A stretch of DNA of 64,000 bases from Amoebophrya sp. A120 (Eukaryota; Protista; Dinoflagellata). The stretch covers positions 1,368,492 through 1,432,491 of the forward strand of contig CAJINV010000012.1 in NCBI GenBank assembly GCA_905178155.1, in the 5' to 3' direction. This document shows, in pieces, positions 37,401 to 49,400 of the stretch; the first letter of the stretch is position 1, and each line of letters starts with the position of its first letter. The position numbers and the translations under genes were made by a program. Below the pieces are notes generated by a model. It ran no database searches, had not been told where the DNA came from, and saw only the letters and a program-made list of their open reading frames with translations.

Positions 37401-40400
37401 ACCCCACGAAAAAACTGTTTCGCTGTGAACTTGTGATGCATGGAATGGAACATAAGACTATTTGTCTTCCTACACATGCAAGACATTGGATTTATCAAGC
37501 TGTTTTCCCTTGGGAAGTGCGCATGGCAAATTTTCTGTGCCATGTGCAACAAACTTGTGATGCAGATCTTGCAAAGTCATCACATTGAAACAGTCTTTTC
37601 CTGCGATAGTCGGGTGGTAACCGCTACTGTGGCAAAGGTTCCGGATGACAATGGGGGGACGAGTATCCTATGTAAAAACGTCCCCACTCCAGAGTTGTCA
37701 TGCAAATCTGCATGCTGAAAATGTTTCTCATGCGGAGCCCCATGAGGAGCATTTTCCAGTCGTGTATTGGAATTTGTCATGCTCCAATCAGCGCGATATA
37801 CTGGATCTGAGATGCTGCTGAGCTAGCTCAAACAGAACTACAATACGAGTCCAAATTTGTCATGCAAAACAGCCAGAGCTTCTGGATTTGTCTAGCCGAG
37901 TCCCCATCTTGACTACGGGGTGGGGACGTTTTTACATAGGATAACGAGTTCAGTAGACCTGCAAAACCCGCAGGTGTTTCAGCCGACGACCCAGAATGTG
38001 CTGACGCACGACGGGAAAGTTTTGGAAAACAAACCGGGTAGGGAGTTGCATACGTTCACGTGGACGAAGCCGAAGGAGGGAGAGTCGGTGACCGCTCCAG
38101 AAGCTGTGGCAAGGAATCCCTCATCTGCCTCTGTGAGAGTTCCGAACGACACCTGTGTGGAGGTGGATAGGTTAGAGGAGGGCCTGATGTCGGAGTTTTC
38201 GCAGAAGGCATTTTTGACAAAAACCCGGAAACCGATTTTCGCCACCGGGAATGATGTTAAAAATGCCAGAACTTCTAATATGCGACCGACTGAAGGAGCT
38301 TCCCGTGCCGCTGTTACCGTCGACGAGAAAAAAGAAGATGAAGAGGGAGAATCCCAAGGAAGTTTTTTGGACTTTTGGCGTCGTGGAGTAACACGCAAAG
38401 CAGGACCAGCTCCTGTATTTCCTCCTGTAGCTTCCGATGCACCTCCAGAGGTTTTCTCCGAAGATGGAGCGGCTTCGGTAGATAGCTTCGTGCCCAGTCC
38501 AACAAGTCCCAGAGATAGTATTAAACCTCGTCCGCGACAAGTAGAGCCTGCTATATTACCGAAGGTGGATCTGCTTTTGCAGGAGGTGGAGGACAAGCTG
38601 TTTGCGAAGGTGAAGCATAGACACGGCATAAAGCCATCGAAATCACACGAACACGAACAGCCTGAGGAGGAAATAAAATCTGACAACATGATACACAACA
38701 AATACGCCGACCATTTCCTGGCCAAGAGGGAGTGTGCGTCGTCGCAGTTGTATCCAACGAAAAAACTGTTTCACTGTGATGATTTTGCAAGAACCGCATC
38801 ACAAGTTTGTTACACATGACACAGATAATTTGCCATGCGCGTTCCCCACGGGAAAACACGCTTGAAAATCCAATGTCTTGCAGATGTAGCAAGAAACGGG
38901 ACGCTTTGGTGCTTCATTTTCTCACCTCCAGGGGCCCTGGGCACCTCACCATTGATGTTTCACTTGGTGGAAGATGACAGGGTTCTACGAGCTATTATGG
39001 GTGTCTTTCTATTGTCTATTCATTTTCTGCATCACAAGTTCACAGTGAAGCAGTTTTTTCTTGCGATAAGTTGCTGGATAACGAGGAGATGGGTTTTCAC
39101 CAAAAATTCCTAAAAACGGTAGACCAGATTATGACCCGCTCAGGTGTTACAATCTCAAACGTTACAATAGAATAATGAAATCTGTGATGCAAGAGTGCAT
39201 GATCTAGCCAACTCTCATAGGATTGTGCATGACAAGTTCCGGAGCCCCAAACCCCACTACAAACTGGCGAAATTTGTATTGCAGAAAGTAGAACTCTCGC
39301 CGAGTCTGTCATGCTCCTCATGCCAGACAAATCTCAGATTCTATTGTAACGTTTGAGATTGTAACAGCTGAGCAGGTTATACAGATCCTCCGACTGCTGC
39401 AGGACGAGGTAGCGCTTTTCCCCGGCGCTGTACATCCAGTAGGAGCTGCGCCTGAAAAGGATTATGCATTGCGAATATGTCTGGTTCTGGAAATAATTTG
39501 TGATGCTAATTTATGAATGGTGGGGACACTGTAGTCGGCAGCCACGCATGACAAGTTTCTGGGCTCCTTTGTGTTTCGCTTTCCGCATGACAAACTACAT
39601 TTTTGCATGACAGGCAAGAGGCTCTGATCCTGCTCACGCATTACAGATTCAAGAGTCATGTGAGACAAGCATGACAAACTTGCATTCTTCCAGACCCAGA
39701 CATGTTTGCAATGGATAAGGATCACTTTGAGACGCATCTCGCCCGCGCAGTCGAAAGTTTCGCCCGGTCCGAATCGTCCTCCTCCGATGGAACGGCAGCA
39801 GAAACAAGCCCTTCTAGTCCTCACCAAAATCTTCTTCCGTCCGAGCCGAATAGTCACCAAGAAGAACCTCCGTTCGAGGTGGCGGAAAAGAGAGCCAACA
39901 AGAAAAACAAAAAAGTCGAGGAGAGAACAAGTAGACAAGTCCATCTGTTATCCGCGATCCCACTGGAACTGAAGAAACTTCCACTGATACAAGCTTGTAC
40001 CGAAAATCAGTTGTCGCAGGCACAATTATCCGACTACTCAAGTACGCGAATCGCGTACGCAATGGAGGTTTTAAACCGGGAGTTAAAACAGTACCAGAAA
40101 ATTGCTTCTGCCTGGGTGCTATCAAATGCAAATATGTCTGGGTCTGGAAAGAGTTAGAATTTGTAGTGCTAGGTTTCAATTGTACCTACGTGCAAAAACG
40201 CAGTTTCTCATGCGGACTGCCTATGAGAAAGCGTTCTGGAAAGTTGTCATGCTGGGCTGCGTTCGAAAGTGGTTCCATCATCCACATTTTAGCATCACAA
40301 GTTTCCAGACCCAGACATATTTGCAATGCATAGGTGCAGATCGTCCGGGACGTGCAAGAAGGGAAAACGGGAAGGGACGATCCGGATTTTGAACTCTACG

Positions 40401-43400
40401 GGTCGTACACTGAAAGTGTCACTTCCGAAGAAGCAGCAGAAGCGAGGCGCGAATTGAGTTTCGATTTTCTGTTAGAAGAGGCGTTGGGAACTAGAAGCCA
40501 ATTGTTGGGCGAGCAAAGAATCGTGTGGGCCGCGGAGAAAACAAGCGCGAGCAGCAGCTCGAGGAGCCCCGCGGATGAAGAAGACGAGGTCTTCTCGCAT
40601 GTGATCCTGAGGCCGAGTGAAGGGGGAATGGAAGTGCAGGTGGAAGGAGGAGAACCTGCTCAGATGGGCACGCCAGCCGGTTTCATAGCACCACCGCGAG
40701 CTGTCGCTCGTCCTGTGATGATGCAGCGAGACGATGACGCACCAGCAGCAAGAAAGCGATATTTCGACTCCGACACAGGGAAGGAGCTTTTCCTAAAACC
40801 CGACGTGTTGAAATTGAATCTACACACTGAAACTTTGCACGAAGCTGTTGCTTCTACCGCGCGAATACAGGTAAAAGCACTGCAGGTTGAAGACGGTGAC
40901 GACCCAGTGCACGCTTCGCAAACAGCTCCGATATCAAAAGCGGAGACGTCAAGCGAAGTTGAGAAGAAGTTGTCGAGAGAAGTAGCGGAAAAGATGCTAG
41001 AGGATGACAAGATAGAACAAGCGACTCTACAACAGTTCGGTTTTGCTAAAACTTTGCAGACCAAGGTCGACAAACTGGAGAAACTGGTTAATTTTGCGGA
41101 GGGGCAAGTGATACCAAATGTAAAAATGTCTGGGTCTGGAAGATTGCCAGGTTTGTCATGCACATTTTGCATGACTCCTGATGTCTGTGATGCATGCCCT
41201 AGCATCACAGATTTTGTGAGGGCTTTCTGATGCCTATACCGCATGACAAATGCTCTTTCCGTGTAGCAAAACCTGGACTCTCTTTGCTGCTCATGCAATA
41301 CAGATTTTTTAGAATCCAAAAGCAGCATGACAAGCTGGATTCTTCCAGACCCAGACATTTTTACAGTTGATAAGTGAAGGAATGCAAAAGCGAATTAAAG
41401 AAGGAAAGGGAAAATGAGGAGGAGGATCTGGTAAGGAAGAAAGACAAACTTTCCAAGTTGAGAGCAGCGGAGCAGGTGGTTTTGAATGCTTTAGCGATGG
41501 AAGAGGTGAAGGAAGAGGCGTTGCTGGAATTGCGAGAAGAGTGGAAGAACAACAAGACGGGGAAAAATAAGCACGGAACAGCAAAGGATCACGGAGATGA
41601 ACAATCAAAGGAACTACACGGTGCAGGGAGTGGTGACTCAACAAAGAAGGACCACGAGATGAACAAGCAGAAGACCTATCTTTTGTCCAAAAAAAAGACC
41701 CCGGAAACGGATGAGGAGGCATTGGAATTCGCGAAAGACCTCGCGGACTTGTATCACACGGCCTCTGGCGAGGGTGTCGAGGTAGTGGATGACGTTCAGG
41801 CTCTGGAATCCTTCTTCAGCAACATGTTCATTGGCGCCACTACTGAGGCGCAAAATATTTTAAACGAGGTAGAAGCGGGGAAGAAAAATAAACAGGCAGC
41901 TTGTTCGACCGCATCTCCCTGCAGTGCGGTGAAATTAGGAGGCCACAGTGGGGGAACTAGAGCTAGTACATCAGGTGCCGAGGCAGATGGTGATGACCAG
42001 AAGTTCATTTACAGTTCAACCGGCAAGCTCGCAACTGGCAACATCCTTACCGCTGCGAATGATGATGATTTCCCGGAGGCCCTGAGGCTGAAGTCCGACT
42101 GCAAGGCGATTGCCGTAGGACAGCGCACAACTCCCCCTTCCCCTCATTTGTATTGCATAAACAGCAATACAAACGCCAGCGACCCTGGAGCCTGTGCAGG
42201 ACAAGTTCTTTATGTGCCTACTGTAGTACTGTTTGGGCTTTCGGAATTTGTCATGCAAACAGTGCCACAGGGCAGCGACTGAGTTTGGAACTTTGCATCA
42301 CAAAGGAGAGGGAGGGGGAGTTGTGCACTGTCATATGCCGTCGATGCCCACCAGAACCGGCGGCCGTTGTACGGGCTCCGGAGAGCGGCGCTGCTGCATC
42401 TGTTTGGTTTGAATCAGAATGAGGCGAAAGCGGCGAAAAAGAAGGAGAACGTGGGACTCGTCATCAAAGACGCGGAGGCGCACGGGACTTGGTTCGCGAT
42501 CGCCGACGGCATCTTTCTGCGCGAGATTCACTTCGATGCGGTTCTGTTCGACGTCGACCAATTTGGGGAGCACCGGGTGACGGACGTAGCGGCGCGCGTG
42601 CACAGTTTTATCGCGAACGAACACGGCAAGTTGATGCCTGAATTAGCCGGGTACAAACCGCTCGACGCACTCCACCACACGACGGTCCAGTTGGAGACAC
42701 ACACGTTACTAAGGCGGTTTTACCCCCTGCGCTTCGTGGACAAACTCGTACCAGCACAAATGGTATGGATTGCAAAAATGTCTGGGTCTGGAAGGATACA
42801 AACTTGTGATGCATACTTGGATCACACAAAAATCTGTCATGCTTAGACAGCAAAGGGAGCTCCTTTTCCTGTCGCCGAAAGAAGGCGTTTGTCATGCGGA
42901 TTAAGCATAGGGAAACCGTCTCAAAACCTGTGATGCTAGGCCTTGCATGGCACACCTTCTGTGTCAAGCAGACACAGCATCACAAACCTCAGCAATCTTC
43001 CAGACCCAGACACTTTTACATTTGATAGATGGGCGGTGAGAGTGTGGAACATCACATGAGCCACCAGCATGGTGCACCAGCTGGTGGTCATAATTTCCAG
43101 CAACAACACTTTCATCATCTTCCGTCGAGAAACAAGCTCGATAACACCAGTTATTCGTCGAAGCAGTCCACTATGGATTTTTCCTTCAACGGCTATGACG
43201 GAACAAAAATCATGCGGGGCATCATCGCTTTCTTTCCAGAAATTTTCATGACCGACGACATGGTGGACCAGAGCGAGAAACAAGGCAATGACCCCGCTGT
43301 GATCGCGGATTTGGATCTTTTTTTTCTCCGACTTCTATCCGATACCCACATCAGCAACGCCGTCGATTTGTTTCTCCTGAACATGTATCAAATGAAAATA

Positions 43401-46400
43401 TGTCTGGGTCTGGAAGAATGCAAGTTTGTCATGCTTGTCTGGCATGACTCGCGAATCTGTGTTGCATAGGCGCGAAAAGGTCCTCTTACCTGTCAGGCAA
43501 AAACGCAGCTTGCCATGCGGAATACGTAAGACATGGCAGCCAAATGATTTGTCATGCGCAGCTGCGTATTGCAGTGCGCCTACCATTCACTTTTAGCATT
43601 ACAAGTTTCCAGACCCAGACATTTTTGCAATCCATAACATGCACACCGCGAATCCGAACGGCAATCCCCACGCGGCGGCAAACCACCACAGTCTGACCGC
43701 GCAGTCGTTATCAAATGTAAAAATGTCTGGGTCTCCTGGAACATTCTAAACTTGTGATGCTGTCTCTGGATTCTGAAAAAATTTGCATTGCATGACCAGC
43801 AAGAGGACTCCAGTTTGTGCTACGCGGAGAGGGCATTTCTCATGCGGTAGAGGTATCACAAAGCGCTCTAAAAATCTGTGATGCTACGGCATGCATCACA
43901 GACATCATGGGTCATGGAAAATATGCATGACAAATCTAGAAATCTTCCAGACCCAGACATTTTTGCATTGGATAGTCGCGGAGTGTCAACGAAAAGGGCG
44001 ACGCGAGACTCCCACCGGATTTACAGAAGGTGTCGGAGCTGTCGCATAATTTGTTCCAGTTAGTGCTCGGGCTGAAGCAGGGGAGACTCGGCGCGATTGG
44101 GCGGGCGGTGAACACTTTGAATGTAGAGACCTGGCGAAAGGAGAAGAAAAGAATCTCGACCGAGATCGGCCCGGAACTTTTGTATGAGAACCTGCCGCAG
44201 AAAGAATGGATCCTGCAGATCAGGAGGGTAGAGTTAGAGTGGCTGGATTACTGTGCGAACTTACAAGGTGGAACTGGGACCACTTCTGGCGCAGCGACAT
44301 CTGGAGCAGGAGTAGACCCGTCCAACTGCAGCGGCTCATCATTTCTGGAACAGAGCGGTTATGGAAGTAGCTCGGGAGGTGGTGGGCAGACTATCAAAAC
44401 AGTCGCTTCTTTGATCCCCCATACCTACGCCGACGCTTTCGACAAGCAAAATGCGATTTTTGCCGGGAAAGCGACAAACAATCCGAATGTTTTCATGGCG
44501 AAGAGCACAGCGCACATCAAACCTTCCGAGCAGCAGCTGTCTCCCGGCGAAAATAGTACTGACTTGAAACAGTACGCACAAGATCGGGAGTACGCCGCGG
44601 TGTATTTATTGAAGAAGGATTTCATCCTCCCTGTGGATATCAGCGGAGATAAGAAACTGCAAAAAACCGTGGACAAGCAAACCAAACATTTGAAAACCCC
44701 ACTGAAAACGGTAACTTTTAACCAAAAAATGGTGCGGGATCTGCTAGAGTTACATATTTTGAACGCGAAGCTACGGCAGTGGAACAATGAAAACAGTAGG
44801 AGGAAGCGGAATTACAGTCGCGGGGCGTGGATACGGTACGCGTTTGGGTACGAGGACGCGGTTCCGGAGCCGATCCCCTGCATGCCCATTATGAGGTCGG
44901 AGACTTGGAAGTGGTGGCCGGTGAACGTGCGGCATTTTGCCGGCGGCGACGGCGAGGAGCTCGCGGTCTTGCAGCGACCCGAGAGCTATCAAATGCAAAA
45001 ATGTCTGGGTCTGGAAGGTTGGAACTTGTGATGCTAACTTTGGACTCTAAAAAAATCTGTATTGCGTGACCAGCGAGAGAAGTCTAGTTTGTGCCATGCG
45101 GGGAGGGCGTTTGTCATGCGGAGTAGGCATCAGGAAGCCCTCTAAAAGTCTACGATGCTAGGTCGTGCATTACAGACATCCTGGGTCATGCAAAACATGC
45201 ATGACAAGTCTCAGAATCTTCCAGTTCATTGCACCCAATTTGTATGTTGCGCAAGTGATAGTATAAGTAGTAATAGTTAGTACCACCGGTGGACATTTTA
45301 GCATGTTTAATCTCTCTCTACATAGTGCATTCACGTAGTTCTCTTTTATTTTCTTTCTTCAAAAAGTTCAAGTCGTTCTCTTCCCCGTGCTGTACCAAGG
45401 TCTTGTTTCCAGACAAAACACCAGACATATTTGCAATCCATAAGAGCACAAGGATGGTGCTGCGGGCATATGACTACACAGAGGAGGACGAGGAGGACAA
45501 CAACGGTATCATTTGTAAAAACGTCCCTACCCCAGAGTTGTGATGCAGATTTGCAATGACAGGAACATTTGTGATGCGTATCTCCATGAGAGGCGACGTT
45601 TCTAGTCGTGTTTTGGCATTTGTAATGCTGTAACCAGGATAAGCAGATGGATTTATGATGCGTGTGTCCTTGCTAGCCTGCACTACACTACGGGCTGGAA
45701 CTTGTGATAAGTGAGTCCCAAAATTTCTAGGTTTGTGTTGCAAAGTCCCAATCTTGACTATGGGGTGGGGACATTTTTACACAGGATAAACGGCTGCTCG
45801 AAGTGGGCGGCCGAGGAAGCAGAGAACCACTTCTTCCCTATCACAAAAAGTGAGGAACCAGCCCAAAAATCACCGCCAGGTGGGTCGAGCAAGATTGTGC
45901 AAACGAAAACCGCAGTGAAGGTCAAGAGGTGGCTGTATTCCCGCCCAGCATGGCAGCAAGGGATGCCGTTGGAGAAGAAGGAAGGGAATCATAAATCTCC
46001 CCCAGCGGATATCACACAGAAAAAAGCTGGCGGGTCATATTTGTAATGCCAAAATAAATAGACAAAAAAGCTTGTATTGCATATCCTAAATAGCATGCTA
46101 TGAGGCCGCCCATGGCAGATTGTTCTGTGTATTTATTTTTGCATTACAAATACCAGCCATGCCCCGGCTGACGCCGGGGCGCTAGGCTGTTGTGGCGGGG
46201 CAGGACTATTTGCGGATCGGGACGCCGCGCCAGGGCTTTGGACGCAGCGCGACAGCCCCCCCCTCCAAGGAACATACTGTCGCCGTTTTGCGCCATGCAA
46301 ACCCGCAGGGTCTCCTGCGCGCTTCCCGCGCCTTCAGGCGCTATGCGCAGGGAGCAGCTGCAGCGAAGCTTGGGGGCAAAGAGAAGCCGCCTCGCCGTAA

Positions 46401-49400
46401 GTGCCGAAGCACAAGGGGGACCACGCTGCCCTGTGTTGATCACGCTCCCGCCCCCGCCCAATGGCTTCCCGGCCGACGGAACTGCTGGCGCAAGAGGGTA
46501 TCGCGAGAGGGTGGCGCGAGAGGGTGCGCGAGAGGGTGGCGCGAGAGGGTGGCGCGAGAGGGTGCGCGAGAGGGTGGCGCGAGAGGGTGCGCGAGAGGGT
46601 GCGCGAGAGGGTGGCGCGAAAGGGTGGCGCGAGAGGGTGCGGGCCCAAGCGACGCAAAAATCCCCAGAAGATCGGCCCTGTACCGGGCGGATTCGGGTTG
46701 TTTGTACCCTCTCGCAGACCCTCTTTTTTACCTCTCCCGAGAGGTGTTGCTAATAGTCCGGCTATACTCGCCGGTAGAGGTCTACAGAGGTGGCCGAGAG
46801 GTGGCCAGGAGGGTGCGCGAGAGGTTCGCCCTTATTCGCGCAACCTCTCGGCACCTCTGTCCCGCTCTCGCTTACCCTCTTGGCACCCTCTCGGCCCCCT
46901 CTGGTCCCTATAGGCGCGGCTTTAGGGTGAACGGTTCGGCTCGCTATACCCGCGCACCCTCTCGGCCACCCTCTCGAATGACCTCCCGCGCCACCTCTCC
47001 ACCTCTGTCGACCTCTTTTTGACCTCTGTTGACCTCTTTTTTACCTCTCGGCCACCTCCCTTCGACCCTCTGTAGACCTCTTTTTTCGCATGAATATAAA
47101 AGATAGTAATGCCAATGCCCTGCCAGCTTTTTTCTATGGGATAGCGGAAGCGGAAGCGGAGACTGATGAAAATGACTTTGATCACCTCTACAAGCACGGC
47201 AAGTGGCGGCCGAGCCGGGGCAGGCACGCGGTGGTTCAAAAACTTTCGCGACAAATGGACCAATCCGCGACGCTGGCAGCGCTTGATAGGGAGGACGCGG
47301 CGCTGTTCCTGAAGGTGTTGGTAGAGAAGCAGTTGAGCTGCGAGCAAATGTACGAAATGTTGCGACAGGATAGCAAGCTCGTGGAAGCGGCGTGTGGGAT
47401 TGGTGGGGCAAAGAACCCATCGTTTTCACAGACCTATTGTCCGGTTTTGGAACAGGAACTAACGGCAATGAAACAAGCAGGACCTGCACCTCTGGCAGGA
47501 GGTTCTACTTCGAAGCTGCCGGAAACTACAACATCTCTGCTGCTTCCGCCGCAACAAGCAACCGGGGCGCCTGTTGCTTTGTCGAAGAGCGCCGAGCGGA
47601 AGCAGAAACAAAGGGAAAAGAAGCTACAGGAGCAGCAGAGTAGATTTGCCAACAAATCTACTTCTGCGGGTGCGCAAAGCAAGGCGGGAGAAGCAGGAGC
47701 TCTAGGTGATGCTTTTTTTGCCAATGCGGATCATGGTCGTGACCACGCCGCCGAGCAGGGGAAAGTAGATCCACAGCAGGACATCAAAAGCAAATACTTC
47801 CTCCCGACGGATTTCTTCGAGCCGACCATTATCGGAGAGGGCGAAGACTATGAGTTCTTGGCGCCGAAATTGTACAAGCTGCGAGACTACGCACTGCAAA
47901 AGCTGCACAATCGTATTCCGTATAAATCGCATGAATAAAAATGTGTAATTTTCTGCAGAAGAACACTCGTGAACTTGTCATGCGGAAGATTCAGGTACTA
48001 GTACTTCTAGGGAAAAATCAGATTTGTGATCATGCGTGATTGCAGCCAAAAATAGTACCGGTGTGGTGCTTTTGGAGTGGATAGACCCGAGCAAGAGAAA
48101 AACGCCAGTCACATGCTCGCGCAGTTCAGTATGGGATTCTCAAGTGTTACATTCTCAGCTGTTACAGGAATTTGTTATGCAAAAGCATCATCATCATCCT
48201 CACGATCAAGCTGCTCCGCATGACAAATTTGTGAAGACCTAAACCGCACCTAAATCTGTGCGGAATTTGTAATGCTACGGGTGCAACCTTCCCCCTTCCA
48301 CTTTTCCAATTCTTGCATCACAAGTTTATGTAACAGTTGAGAATGTAACAGTTGAGAGCGCCATATTCAGCGACCTGGGGGCGTTGATGTCGATGTACAG
48401 TTTGAAAGCGGAAGCTATTTTCGAATACTTCGAATTCCAGTATCAGAAATTGATTCAAAGTGACAGTGCTGTTTCTGCCCCCGATGCAACCGCAGCTGCC
48501 TCGAGTGGTAATTTTCACGGCCCACATCAGCCACATCAGGGCGGGGTCAAACTCCAAGACCATCAGCTAGCCGCCCGGCCGCAAGGGAGATCAGAAAATG
48601 CAAAGCTTGCACGTATTTCTTCTCATGTTGCAGCACAGCAGCCGCAGTCGGAGAAGTCCTCAGATGCAATAGACACATCTAGCGAAGAGTCCACACCAGA
48701 ATCTTCCGGCGAAGCAGAAGAAAGCGGTGATAGCGTTGATGAAGACACAGCAAAGAGAAGAAGAACCCCGCAAGAGAGGTACGATATCGAGATCCAAAAC
48801 GTGCAAAAAAATGTGGAGCCGGAAGAGGTCACGAGTTTGTCCCACCACCTGTACCCCCGACCACCGGGAATGCTCCTGTACGAGGGGGAGTGGGTGGAGA
48901 AAATCCTCGAACCGAAGCAGAATCTGCAGTGGTTTCGCAATCGGAACAGCGGGTTGGTCCATTTAGCGAGGATCCACGTGGACAACAGTAGATTCGCGAG
49001 GATGATTCTCAAAGAAGACTTATCCTGAGCAAAATCGTCCCCACACCAGAGTCAAGATGGAAAATCTGCTAGACAAATCAACCAGCTTCGGCTGTTTCGC
49101 ATGACAAGTTTGCTTTTGTAGTGTAATCTTGTTTAGGTTGTTCAGCAGCATCACAGCTCTGGCCTATTATGCTGATTGGAGCATTGCAAATTACAAAACA
49201 CGACTTGAGAATGCTTATCATGGGGCTCCGCATGAGAAACATTTTGAGCATGCAGATTTGCATGACAACTCTGCGGTGGGGACGTTTTTACTCAGAATAA
49301 GACTGGGACGAATTACTGTTCGAATTCGGAGCGACGATGAGAACCGATTTGTACCTGCTGATGGTGAAAACGCAGGAAACGCTCGAAGTCTCGCCCGGCC

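Noticed and set aside
46190-47022. ORFs with REGGARG/RERVARE repeats
   Set aside because: They are translations of the tandem array inside a nested insert within an intron.
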